Of a DNA stretch of 64,000 bases, positions 32,401 to 45,333 are shown one piece after another (positions within the stretch are counted from its first letter, which is position 1; every line of letters begins with the position of its first letter). Where the stretch lies: NCBI GenBank assembly GCA_027604505.1, contig JADIIX010000024.1:1-64000 (forward strand), in the 5' to 3' direction. The stretch comes from Gonapodya sp. JEL0774. Taxonomy: Eukaryota. The notes under the pieces were generated by a model that was given only the letters and a program-made list of their open reading frames with translations, was not told the DNA's origin and did no database searches. The translations under genes and the position numbers were made by a program.

Positions 32401-33899
32401 CGGGGAGGGAGGTGAGGAGATTCACGAGGAGACGAAGAACCTGAATGTGAGGTGAGTGAAATGGATTGTTAGACAGGTTGGCTCCCGAGCCGCCACGCAC
32501 ACCCGACTTGCGACTGACTTTGCTCCTGAAATCTGCATTTTGAACAACAGTTCCACAAGCCTCAAGCACATATCCTAGAAGCTCCCGCGGGCGGGGACTT
32601 TTCCGTACTGAGTTCTCGAGGGCGTCCAGTCTCCGCGATTCAAGTGCGATACCGACAGCCTGCGACACATCGAGTGATGGTGAGAAGTTGGTAAACAAAA
32701 ATTTTGGATAGAAATGTGAGAAAACGTTGTGTATTATGTCCCGCGCTATCACGGACTCACCTGCTTCCACTCGCCGTCATCGTAACAGCGACCAAACATG
32801 CCGTTCACGATACTCTCAAGGCGGGGGTCTACCACAATCGAGCTATCTTCGAACTTTTTCGTCCGCAGTTCAATGTATTTGTCGAGGGCGCGTGCTGTGT
32901 GAAATTTGGGTACCCTTAAAACTTTGTACATATGCCATCCAGAATCCAGAAATAAAGAGTTCTCCCTCTCTTCTCTCCAATATTCTCTCTATAGTATCAC
33001 AGACACAGCTTTGTTCTGTTCACGGACTCACCGGTCATGGTCTCCTCATACTCTCCGCTGCCCATTGGATCGAACAGTTTTCCTGACCCAAGCGCGAACG
33101 AGAGCGACTCATCGAGTTCACCAAGATGGTAATAGACTTTTGAGGCGACGAGCGAGGCGAGTTCGCGGTTGGGAAACGCGGGGTCCTCGGAGAGGGATTC
33201 ACTGCGAGGAGTGGAACCAGAGATAATGGAAATGATGAGAGACATTCGGAGGCTTGTCAGACATATGTAACTGCGAGTTTGTATCACCATTCCAGCGCAG
33301 ATAGCAATATTGACACACCCGACTCCTCTTCTGTGGAGAACACGCTGTGTCGTGTCATAGCCGATGCCCAGTGTTCATCAGTTTGTTACATCCGTGGTGA
33401 TTCTGCTGATTCGGGCCAAATCCAAGGACTGATGCGTCTTCAAACTGTTCTGTCGTTTCGCCAGACATCGGTAGTCAAACTGCCCTGTCCCAGTCCACAA
33501 TTCTGATTCTCATCCCGCTACATGGCCGCATGAAAAGCCACAAGAGGTCATTTTCTAAATGCACCCACATTTTCGATACGGCGTCAGCAGTTTCCGCCCA
33601 GAACTGATCCACAAGGCCGTTGAGCTTCTGCAGGGAGTAAACGCGAAGCTCCTAAGGTTCCCCAGTCAGTTTCACCAAAAGATTGGAAGAAGACAGCGAG
33701 AATATGGAACCAGGCACATGTGTTTCCGCAAAGTTTCGTGAGTGTGGAGGGATTCAGAGTGGATATCCCCGTGTGTTGTTTAGCGGCGACCAACGGCGGT
33801 GAGTTGAAGTTAGGGGATGCATGCGGATTGCTTGGGGTCACTCGCCTGCTCTGGCTCGTCTAGCAGTGCTAACAGACCCGCTGCAGAAGTCAGAACCAT
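29415..33899 (-). CDS. RPN2: 26S proteasome regulatory subunit Rpn2/PSMD1; multi-exon, first intron GC-AG
   Basis: [55 protein letters not shown] repeats, [28 protein letters not shown]-terminal PEPFAY. Confidence 0.97.
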
Positions 33900-34058
33900 C
33901 GTAGTATAAGTTGGTTAGGTTGGTGGACTCACGCAAGTGCTTTGGTCACCTTTCCCGACTTCAGCACCAGCACCAACAACAGAACTTTGTAAAATTTTGG
34001 TGTTGTTCGAAATTACGCCTAATACATGCACATACAATCTCCCTCTCCCAGGCGGCAA

Positions 34059-36381
34059 TCACGACACCTCGAGCAGCTTAACCTCAAACACCAGCGTCGC
34101 GTTGGGTGGAATCTCGGGTGGAGCTCCCTTGGGACCGTACGCGAGGTTGGGAGGGACGGTAAGCTTCCTTGTACCGCCGACGTTCATACCTATGAAATTA
34201 AACAGTGTTTCGACATGCAAACAGTTCGTCGGTCTTGTGAGACAATGCGAGCAGGAAGCCATCTGCGCAAACTCACCCTGAACACCCAAATCCCAACCCT
34301 TAATAACCTCTCCCTTGGAAATCACGAATTTAAAGGGCTTGCCGTTGGTGTTGGAGTCGAAAACCTTGCCTGACTGCAGTCGGCCAATGTAGCGGACGGA
34401 GGCGGTCTTGCCTGGCTTTGCGCGTGCCCCCTCACCGACCGTCACGTCTTCAATGACGAGACCTGAAGGAAGGGTTTTGGCTTTTGGGGACTGGCGGGCA
34501 ACTGAAACTGTCAACACGTGTTTCCCGCCGACTCGCACCAAGACACCAATGCCCACCTTATTCTTTGCGTCCTCCTTCTTCTCATCTGGCTTTGAAGCAG
34601 CGTCGGGTTTGCCATCCTTCTTCTTCTCCTGCTTCGTCTTCCCCTCGGGCTGTTTTGGCTCGGCCTGCTTGGGCTCTGCTTGCTTCACCTACAGACCAGC
34701 ATTGCAAACAAACAGATCCCCAAAGCCAGAGGGTAGCACACACGATGAAGTCAGTTTCACATGAACCCATCTCACATGAACATAGGTATTCCACTCGAGA
34801 AGGCACGTACCCCAGCTTCAACCTTCATCTTTTTAACATCCGCGACTTCCTCCTTGGAGTCCAAGGGCCGCTTGGCAGATGTGGACTTGTTAGGCTGTGT
34901 AGCAGGCGCGGCTGCTGCAGCTGCTGCCTTCGGCGCTGCTTTGGGTGGTGCCTGCTGGGGCTTGGCGTCAGCTGTGGACAAAAAGACAGTGCGTCGTCAG
35001 GAAACGTCACCATAGAGTTCAGAAACCTGCGACAGCAATCGTGGCAAGAAATCATCAACCGGATCTTTGCTACCCTCGTCCACGGAAATAATCACTGTCC
35101 GTTCGACGGCGACGCAGCTGCGCCTGCAACAACTGAATCCCATCCGTATACCACTCTCACCTACCCCGTTCCCCCACGCTCACCGCCATCACCCACACAG
35201 CTGATACCCCTTTAGACACCACCCATCACCCTCCAAATACCCATACGCACTCTTCGTCGCTTTTGCCTTTGCCGCAGCCTTTTTCCCAGCAATAGCAGCT
35301 GCAATTGCCGCCTCCACGCCTTCGTCGTCCTCGTCCTCGCCGTCGTCGGCGTCTTCCATATCCTCGTCCTCGCCGTCGTCGGAGCCTTCGATGCCGTCGG
35401 CTTCGTCCGCGATATCCTCGTCTTCACCGTCACTGTCGAAACTAATGGCCAAAAGATGGGGACATCAGTATGAGAACGGAGAGAAGAGTAGAATCACTGG
35501 CGTCATTCTTGTCACACTCCTCAGTGGCTCGCGCGCAAGCATTGGGCGAATACCGTACGAGAGATCGTCAATTCCACCACTTTGTCGTCCTTTCTCTCTC
35601 CATCCGGCAATAGGAATGGAAATATTTGTTAAGGAGTCAAGTGGATACTTGTGTCTTCGGCCAATCCAATATCAAACCCTCTTCCTTCCAAATCAAACTC
35701 CCTTCCAAACCAAGCAATCGGCCGTACAAAACAATTGTCAACGCACTTATCCATTTCATCTTCGGGCATGTAAGACCCGGTGAGATAAATGGGGCTGAAG
35801 GAGTCGTGAATGTCAATGGCAGTCATGTAGCAGTTTTGTCTTCCAAAGATGAAGTTCCCACTCACTTGGGTCCCGTGGCCTTGAAGGTGATTTGTTCACC
35901 CTCTGCGAATTGAACGTCGAGGGTTTGTTGTTGGGGCTATGATAGGGGCAGTGAAAAGGAGCGATTGCGGCAAGGGTCAAGGGGGGTCCATCACACGTTC
36001 TTCCCTGGCGCGACTCCCGGGCCCCTTGGTTACGTTGCAACCAAATCCTACGTCTTCCACGTACCAGCGTTTTCCGCACTCTCTTCGCATGGAGCACTTA
36101 CCTTTGCGGTGTCCAATGTACACAGCACAAACTCGTTATCGTCGACAGTGACAAAGAGGGCGGACTGGCCGGCATTGTCGGAAGGGCCAAGAGCGGCCAT
36201 AGTGACCCTGAACGGGACCTCTACGGTTTGAGAGTAGCTCTTTCCCGGAACGACTTTTAGACCCCAGAAACTGGGAATGGGATCACGACCAAGAGCGTAT
36301 TTTGGTTTCGGGTTCATCAGAGAGCGATGGTGAGATGGAAGTCTCTTTCGCATAGGAAGACGAGTATTGAAGTCACCTCAT
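34059..36381 (-). CDS. Nucleoplasmin-like domain + acidic tract + FKBP peptidyl-prolyl isomerase (Fpr3/Fpr4/FKBP39 type)
   Basis: First exon contributes only ATG AG (36377-36381), giving MSFWGLKVVPGK; RVTMAALG; D/E tract; C-terminal VRYIGRL..GKVFDSN..GKPF.F..GEVIKGWDLGV.GM.VGG.RKL.VPP.LAYG..IPPNATLVFEVKLL. Confidence 0.95.
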
Positions 36382-37587
36382 TGTTGGAGTTGCGAGTGGA
36401 GTTTGATGTAGATTGTGTTGAGTGAAATAGAAACTGATGGGAACACTGGAAAGATATAATCGATTCCACAAGTTGAGTGGCACAACCATGCACGAGTCCC
36501 CATCTCACTGACGGACCTTCCTTACCAGCCGTCTGATTGCAAATTACCTCCCGCATCTAGCTTTCCAATTTTCGCTACAGCCCTCCGTTGACCTACCGTT
36601 CATGCTCCTCCCATCGCCGTTCAACAAGGTCCGTCCCCGTCTTCGTCTCGCCCAGAGAGTCCCTGTCATTAACTTGGTTGCCGGGACTCATGGGTGGGAT
36701 TCCTATGGTCCACAACGGCCTCGAGGAGGAACCTCGATCACGTTGGGCGCAACACATAAGTTGTGACCCCTTGGGTCACGGTTTCTGGTGATATCTTGGG
36801 TGGGGGAGGCCCTTGGTACGCCGGCTCTTGATGACGCATCCAGCGAAGCGGACGATGGACAGGTCAGCGGAAAACTCATGGTGGTTTCTGATCGTTTGTT
36901 CGCCAAGGTGAATAGTGAGGGACAGCGTTCGTTGTGTCGCAGACTTTGACCACGGTCTTTCTTCCTCTCCTTTCTCGTCTTAAGTCGTAATTCGCAATGT
37001 AATCGTAGCTATGGCTTTCCTCAATGCTCTGCCGACGGGGGTTGTGGGTGATGTTCCGTCTGCTCCCCGGGTAAACTGAGAGTTCCCGCGCAACCCCCGC
37101 TCGTTCGCTCGACCAAGTATGTTGGTGCCGAGAGTATTTAATGTGGAGGCGTGGAGGCGCGGAGGCGTGTTGTCTCCTGTCATACCATTTTAAAGCACCT
37201 GGCCGGCGGCGCGCACGAACAACGGGTCGCGTTGCTCTCATGTGTTGACGAGTCGTTTGAGCCACCTAGGCTGTTTCATCTGCCATATCGACACTCAGAC
37301 GGTGTTTTGATCCACTATGGACGGAACATGTGTACTGCGTATGAACTTTGTCGGCATCCTGTATGTTACGGACACTGGAATCGAACGAATTATATAAGGT
37401 CGATATATAAAATTGCAATCACTCATATGGGTAACAATGCTGACCGTTTTCTCAGTCTTCACGTGCGTTGTGCCAAAGGCAAGGGCTGCAGGGTTCAAGG
37501 GTCCACCGATCGGCTTGATCGGACATTGATCGCGCACCAAGCACATGGTCACACTCTGCGCTGAGCAGCTCTGGGAAAACTGACGTC

Positions 37588-39794
37588 ATGAGTGGATCAG
37601 CACCGGCATCAGCAGAATCAGCAGGGACGTGGGGTGCTCCTCATGTCTCCCGCGTCCCTTCTGTCTCCCACGCAGCGAACCCGCAACTGCCCCCGCTGCC
37701 TCAACCTCCCTCCCCTCACCCGTCCGCACTCCCGCGTCTCTCCATGGTAGCGATCGCACACCCCGCATATCTGGCACCCTCCCCTCATCCCCCGCTCCAG
37801 CCGCCCCCCGTCGACACCGCGCTCACCTCGCTCTCGACCTCCCACTCGAGCTCCATCCTGCCCTCAAACCCGGTCGACCTCATCCTCAATCAACTACCAG
37901 ACCCTGACTCCCAACAGACCCCCCACACTCTTTTCTCTGACCCATCACCGGTTTCGATGCTTCGCGCAAAGCAACTCGCAGCAAAGAAGATATGGAGGTG
38001 GTATTCCTGCAAAAAAGACAGAAGATTATTTGCCAACATGAAGGCCAATCTCGCAAAGGCGGTGCGTGTGTGGGTGTTTTTACGACTTCTTGCCTTACCA
38101 CAAAACGGATCCTGGAGTGCTCGTCGGGAAATGGGGTTACCCAGACATAGAGGTGGTACAGCTACATGTACGGATGTTGAGAAAGCAATAGAGTGTTGGA
38201 CACGCAGAAGAGAGAGAACAGAGGCGAGGGAGTGGAAGGCTCTTCCTCACTTCAACACCACCAAATCACATAAAAAGTGAAACTCAACAGATGCTGTACC
38301 TCTCAAATCTCTTCCGCTCTTTTTCACTTACCACCACCCCTCGAATATTCTCTCGTAGGAACTCCACCTTGCAGCCCACCTGCTCCGCAGACTCAGTCCC
38401 CTCGAAGCAGAACTCATCAGAGACCCGACTGTCAGGGCAAGAGTCAGATTTCGGTAGGTCCGCGGTGAAGCGACAAGGCAGTGCGGCGAGTGTGTGGTAT
38501 TGCAACGACCGCGGATTGCGTGCGCGCGTCTACGGGCCACAGTTCGGAGGTGAAATGTATGATGTGGATAGACAGCTGACCGGATCATACGAGACTCCAA
38601 CACTAAAAATTTGAATTTCAGAGTGCTGTTACATGCTCTTGGAGGGAGCTCTGATCTGGATGAATTACCGAACGCGCAGAACCCGGAAATGCAACTCACT
38701 TACGCTCTCACCCTGTTCTTCACCTCAGTTTCACCGCCCCCTTCCCACCACCTCTTCTTTTCAAAATCTACCTGTCCTCCTCCATCCACTCGCCCTCATC
38801 AAATTACTCCACTGACCACCTTTCCCCACACCCATCCACCTCTACGCACTACTTCTCCGCCCACCGCCTTATCCCACCTCATTCCCTCGCTGCCCGAGAT
38901 GCATGCGTCATTATGGGGAAAGCCCGATACTACGACACTTGTCTGCGCCCTCACGTGATGGAGGAAATCGGAGGGGGGGCCGGGGACAAGGTGACGCGGC
39001 CGTTCGAAGTTGTGGATAGGAGAGATTTTCAGCGGTACATGGCATATCTAGATACTGCGGACCCGAAGGATGGGGGCCGGGGGAACGGGTGGAGGAGGGT
39101 GGACGGTGGTGTGATGTTGCAGGGTGAAGCTGGGGGCAGAAGCGGAGGAGATCTCACCAGGATGCTGAGCATGAACAAGACCAAATTCGAGAGGGAGTGG
39201 AAAAAGGTGTTGAGTGGGGTGGCGAGGAGGAGGCGGAGGAAGGAAGCTGAGAGTGTGCGTGCTGGCCACGGCGATGGCGGTGCTCGGTCCCGATCACCAA
39301 CCACCACGCACAATGACGGGTCCAGCGACCCCACTGGCCGTACCAGGTCGATCGGTTACATGAGCGCGGGTACCCTAGCCAGTCAGACCGTCCGCTCCAC
39401 CCACCACAAACGCCATCACCACTCCCGCACCGCCGCCGCACCCACATCCCGGAGAAACCTCGCCACGCACCGTCACCTCTATCAATCCACCACCGCGCAC
39501 GCCAGGCCGTCCGCACTTGCTCCGCACTCCCGATCCCCCGCGCACTCCCGCACCCCTTCGGACTCCTCCACGTCTTCCTTCACCGACCCGGACCCAGACG
39601 ACTCTCTCTTTGCGTGGGTGGACACTTTGGATCTTGCGGACGCTGACAAGTGGCTCGACGATGGTGGGGATTATGTGGTGGGGGCGGTGGTGGGGTATGG
39701 CTATGGATTTGAGGTAGGGAGAGGGACAGGGAAGGGATATGGATATGGAGGGGCATATGGGGGGTATGGGGTAGGGCTGGGGTATTTGGAGTAA
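37588..39794 (+). CDS. CXorf58-like uncharacterised protein (start uncertain); introns ~38062-38358 and 38454-38728
   Basis: Spliced: AAKKIWRWY, LLRRLSPLEAELIRDPTVRARVRFRF..FPPPLLFKIY, HYFS..ARDACVIMGKARYY, DFQRYMAYLD...GGRGNGWRR, LFAWVDTLD; follows my recollection of the CXorf58/C11orf65 family pattern. Confidence 0.7.
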
Positions 39795-42721
39795 GGTGAC
39801 GGCGTGGTGGAGTACTCAGTGACCTGCTCCCCACCGCCGAAAAGACAGTCTGCTGCGGCTGGGGACGGTTTTGGTTGACAATAACATTATTGTTAGCGGA
39901 TTCCACGTGTCGTTTGACTACTGAAACAGAGATAGCAGGAGACATAAAATGATAACAACGGGGAAGGAGAAAAAGCTTGGTTTTTTAGGCTTTTTTCGAT
40001 GACGTAGATGCTCTCACTCCCAGCCGACTTCAAAATCAGATTGAAACGATCACCAGCAGTCTCCAGCAGCTTTCTTTGGCACCTCAGTCAAGTCTTTCTT
40101 CGTCTCCTCGACGATTATGTGTTGCGCGATTCTCGCGGCTGATCAACTCTCTCCATCCACTCCCTTGCCCTTCCGCCAACCCCGTTACCCACACCCGGAG
40201 CAATATGCACTTTGAAGATCTACAATTTCTTTAAACAGTACTACTGCGATCCCTTCCTCATCGCTTATCTCGTTTGTTCTACTTGCGATGTCCCGTGGGA
40301 ATCCATCACACGTCAGCTTTCTTGGAACTGAACACTCGTTTGGTTCCGATCCACCCAAGCAAAAGTGAAGTGCTTTCTATGTCGGCTGGGAAACACGTGA
40401 AAATGCCCTAAAGCACCATTCTCGCTCCTGCCATGCGTGTGACGGACTTGTTTTAGCCCAACCACCGTCAAGCTCATTTCTCTCCCTACCAACCATTCAC
40501 CACATCATGGTCCTCGTAACACCACGGCCATGGCGCTTACCAAGATAAACAATGTGAGCATTATTTTTTTGATCGATCGTTTTACCTTGTTAGGTTGTAT
40601 GGCAATCTGACTGTTTCTTTGCCCAAATCGTATTCTCCGGACAACCATCCATCCAACCTGTGAATCTCCCTTCCCCCCCCCCCCCCCCCCACATCCACCT
40701 CCACTCGTTCACTCGAACGTCGTGTACCACCACCACAGGGGCTGATCTGGTCTGGTCCACTATACACGATTGAAGTTCGATCACTCGCAACTGGGGTGTG
40801 CTGGTTGTGGGGAATTACTTAAACTGTTGTGCTGAGTACCCGTAGTGATCGATGACTGTCAAGGCTCACCCCCACCAACAAACGCACCTCAAATATACAC
40901 ACACACGCAATAACCACACGATATCTTGCTGCAAGGAAGATCGCACCTTGAGCGCTCCAAGTCTGTGAGCCTGTTTGATGCAATATGAACCAACTGGGAG
41001 GACCGCCCGCACTTCTTGTGGCTTTCGCGCTTACACTTCACAACACCACAAAGCCTACTTCCTCTCCCTCACTGCTACCACGCGCTTGATCTGTTCGGAA
41101 CCCACGATCGCCTCTGCGTGTCTCGCCTCTGCAATTGGATACTCACGACTCTCGCCCCGCGCAGTCTCTCGGGCAAAACTATTCATACTCTCCCAGTCTA
41201 CAAGCATCCAATATCGCATACAAGAGCAATCGTGCGTTGATTTCGATCTCCACGACCAAGCATGCCATTGGTGGCCGGTTCAAGTTCGGACAACCACACA
41301 AACTTCAATGGCAACGGCAACGGCATGACATGGACCATTTTGATTGCGGCCCACTCTCTGGCACATGTAAACGTCGTCGTAGTCTCTCGAGAAAGTTTTG
41401 GGCTGGAAAAGATGAACGAGGATGGAGACGGGCACGTGCGATGGGCTCAGTCCGCAATTGACCGCTCACGATCCCGAGTGCGGTATACGGAAACGGAAAA
41501 TTTTACGGACTGGTTCGGCTATTTTTGAGCAGCATGTTTTGCCGCATCGCTTCGCAGAGTGTGAGCATACGTAAGTGTCGTCTTCGCAGCCTCCATGCCA
41601 CTTCGCCACACATGATCGGATCGTACCAACAAACACACACAAACATTCCGAACAACACTCGACTCACACATCCGCTATACTCTCCTTGCTAGGCGATCCA
41701 TGTGCCGCCTACTCTCGATGTGCTCCCACTCTTTTCTCTCGTCTCGCTCTCTCGTTGTACCACCAATCTGGTGTGCTTCCCTTCGCACAACTTGTTCCTG
41801 CACTCCCATCGATCGCTTCCACCCCGTCCAGTGTTTTTTTGGATCGGGAAGTGACTGGTCTTTGTGAGCGCGGTGGCAGGGTGTGTGACTGGGGGGGATC
41901 TTCTCCTTCCAGGAGTCTCCGTTTTCATGCGGATCGTCGCTCTTGAATATGCAATGGGAGAGTAATGCTTACAGTGTGGATTGGAGTAACGTCTCTGGAT
42001 TCTGTATGGTCTGGCGGACTTAAGACGAGCTGAACTCGCCGGCGAAGAGTGGTACTGTCCATCGCGGTATCAAACACATTCGTAAGGAGAGGATCGTTCT
42101 AACTTCGAAGTCGGTTTTGATGGCGGATCTCGGATGGCAAGCTCAGGTTCGAGTTCGCTAAGAAGTAGCTCTGGAACCTTCGTGGCATCAAACATCTGTA
42201 ATGAAAACGCAGATTGTGTTATAGAGGGCGCATCATTGTGAATGGAATGCGAAGACTACGCTGTTCAGACAACCCCGCCAAACATTAAACTTGGATTACG
42301 GAACGCCAAGGTCAGATGCTGTTGGCGTTTGCAACCCTTTGATGTTTGTGGCAAATTCAGGGTCATGTTTGGCGTGATGTTTCACCATGGAGCATAATGC
42401 GAACGAACGAGGAGACATCACATCACCAATTTTGTCAGGATTAAAGTTGTACCAGTAGCCAACTGCCCGGTCATTGATCTGTCACCATATCTCGAATGCT
42501 TGTCTCAACATCTCGGCGGATATGGTACATTGTTACCGTGGCCATACAAATTGTAACTGTCCAAGTCTATCTTAAGGGGATTAGTGGTTCAATTTCCTTC
42601 TATCAATCCAAACATGTACGTATCAAACACCCCCTCTGAGGAGTAGAGCGCTATTTCCTGCTCGCGTCTCACATCTTAGTATTGACTCGGTCCATTATGA
42701 GCGCGGATAGTTGGGCGCTCC

Positions 42722-44450
42722 ATGACGGACGGCGTGTCAGCTGCGGAGGGTCGCGTGACCGCTAGCCATCGCCGGTCATACCGTAGAGCATCGAGCTTGC
42801 TATGTGGCAAATGCAAAGGCGCTGGCAGCTCATAAACGAAAGAGGCTTTCCTTTTCATTCTGTTCTTCTGATCGTGACCTGATGTGTTTCTTTGGTTCTG
42901 TTTTCCATCCTAAATTTCTTGCAGGACTATCAAAAGCTCTCTTCTCATTTTCCTCTTGGGATTTGCTCTCGGATATTTTGTATGCTTTCATACATTCTAC
43001 GGCCTCGCTCACGATATTAACACTGTCTCTGGCGACAGAGACGGTGGAGAGTATGTGACGGTGGAACTCTTTTCCGATTACTCCGGGCTACGGTACGGTG
43101 AAGGGTCCCCTTGGGGACCTGGAACTGCCGTCAGTGTACATTCGAAGGCGACAAAGTCCGTCCCCACGGTCCACGGTGGAGATGTGGCCGAGTCCGACAA
43201 TTACGGCTCTTATGAGGATGTCTACTCAGTCAAAACCACATTTGGTATGTTTGAAGCGTATCAGATCCATTTGTCTTGATCGTGATGTTAACTCTTCTTC
43301 ATTTTTAATTTCTAGTGGTTGGCATACTATATTTGGCTTTTTTCTACTTCCTTCTGCCTTCGGACTCCTCGCGTGCAACCTTTCGGGTTGTTTTGATGTT
43401 CCTTGTCTTTGTTGTTGTGGTGGTAGTAGTTTCCATTATTGCCATGGGTACGTATTCGCAGCATTTTTCACATGGATTATTTCTCATTGTGCAAATGCAT
43501 ACGTAGGTGTATTCCTGCTTGGTATCAGTCTCCACTGTCTCCAAATTGGCATACCCAGAGCTTTACGCTTTACTTTCGAGTCTATTGGCCTTCCCATGTT
43601 TCAAATCATCGTCTCTCCGGCCCTCCAATTCTTCATTATGTCTGTATACAGACTGACCACCGTCGGGTGCCTCCTTCTTCAGTTTGCGTGGCGGTGGTTT
43701 TGGCCAGGGCTCTTTCTTCGTGTCTCGTCAGCCCAACACAACGTAACCAGTGGTGACCATCTTGGACACTCTCGACGCACAGTAGATTGTATGGATCGGG
43801 ATGTGTCGGTACCTCGCAAGCATTTCGTGGAAGAGGGACATGGGAGCGCGAAAGCCATGCGCAACGCTTGTTTAGTGGATATTCCTCTTGGCCCACTGCC
43901 ACGTAGAAGCTCTTTGATGGGTTTCCAACATGTCGAACCGCTTGCAACTTCGCGTTTGGTGTCCCAGGCCCAGTTGCCTCAGCCCGAGTATCAGTCTCGG
44001 GATCGGTCCCTCAAGGATTGGATGGAGTTTAGAGGTTTGGTATGTTGCAACGTTCATCAGGGTACTGATCTCCTCGAATTCTGATGAGCCCAAATGTCTT
44101 TAGACGCTTGCCAGGGTGATGCCCACTGAAGTCTGCGAAGTGTTGCGAGGGGAGAAGTCAGGCAACATGGTAAGGTTACTGAAGTGTCGCCTACACCAAC
44201 AATTTAAACTCATACTTGATTTTCTGTTTAAATCTTGCAGAGTATGCTCTCTTCTGCTGCTGAATTGGCACAGGAAACTCCTTCCACTTCTGAGCATGGC
44301 CGCGAAACAGAGGTCACCCCTGGATCAAACGCAACAAGCAACTTTCTCTGTGAACCCACCAAGAACTTACGGAAAGCTGAATTGCAACAAGTACGAATAT
44401 TGCAGAACGTTACTCCTGCGAACCGAGTGTTTCCCTTGAAACCTCAGTGA
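42722..44450 (+). CDS. Hypothetical multi-pass membrane protein, spliced (ends uncertain)
   Basis: Phase-consistent GT-AG introns (about 42980-43037, 43245-43315, 43448-43506) join ORF pieces with hydrophobic segments VGILYLAFFYFLL, VVLMFLVFVVVVVVVSIIAMG, VFLLGISL, ALQFFIMSV; no family recognised. Confidence 0.45.
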
Positions 44451-44482
44451 AACGCCGTAAATTGGCCCACCCAAATCCTCAC

Positions 44483-45333
44483 ATGGACGCCACCGTTTCA
44501 TTCTTCACGCCACCCTCGAACACTTTTTTATCTATTGGGGATTCGTGCAACGCAACAGTGTTTTCGCAGGCACCCTTGGTGATGACCGGACGTTTTGCCT
44601 CGAATGCAACATGCCCCGATCTGGACCCACGCAAGAGCGATATGCCACCTCCTCCGACACATATACCTTGGCTACCACTACCGCGACGCAAAGCGCCTAA
44701 ATCCAGGAAAACCTCAGCACGGCACATTCCCGACTTAACCGTTCACCCTAGAATGGCCTTGGAACGGCCTAAATCTTCGTTCAAAAAACAGAGATCACGC
44801 CACCTGAAAACTTTAATGACCAAATTCCTTGAACGCCACCCAGCAAAAGTCACCACTACAATTTCGCCATCAAATACTGGCGATGACGAATCGGCACCCC
44901 TTGCTGTGGAGTCCAAACGGGTGACTGCGGAAGGAAGGACTTTCTACTCAATCCGCTGGGCAAGTGGTCAGTTGACCGAGGTGAGCTTCTTACAACATGG
45001 TTCTTCTGCACAATCACATTGTCAAACTCCGCACTCTTATTCAATCAGTTGCCATTAGACTCATTACCTCTTTCCGTTACCAAACCCCATGGCCCTCTGT
45101 GGAAATTCGAGCGCCCTAGTATGTTGGAGCGATCGGCAAAGTTCCCTACCCTCGCATCCACGTGCATAGCGGCTCGGTCCAGGGCGCAGAAAACGCTGCA
45201 GAAACTGACAGAAGGAGGGAAGGTCAAAGTGAAATTAATGTTCGCGAATGCGAAGGCAAAAATCAAAGGAATGAAGAACAGGAGGGCCGACATCAAAGTG
45301 GTTAAAGCCCCAGGAATTGGGGCTGAAGAATGA
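44483..45333 (+). CDS. Hypothetical basic protein with weak chromo-like segment
   Basis: ORF joined in phase by intron GTGAGC...ATCAG (~44981-45048); segment PLAVESKRVTAEGRTFYSIRWASGQLTELPLDSL. Confidence 0.4.

Noticed and set aside
33255..33385. TGATGA...CTGA pair in RPN2 intron 2 (minus strand) as a C/D snoRNA
   Set aside because: No terminal stem around the boxes or recognisable rRNA guide, and the CTGAC may simply be the branch point
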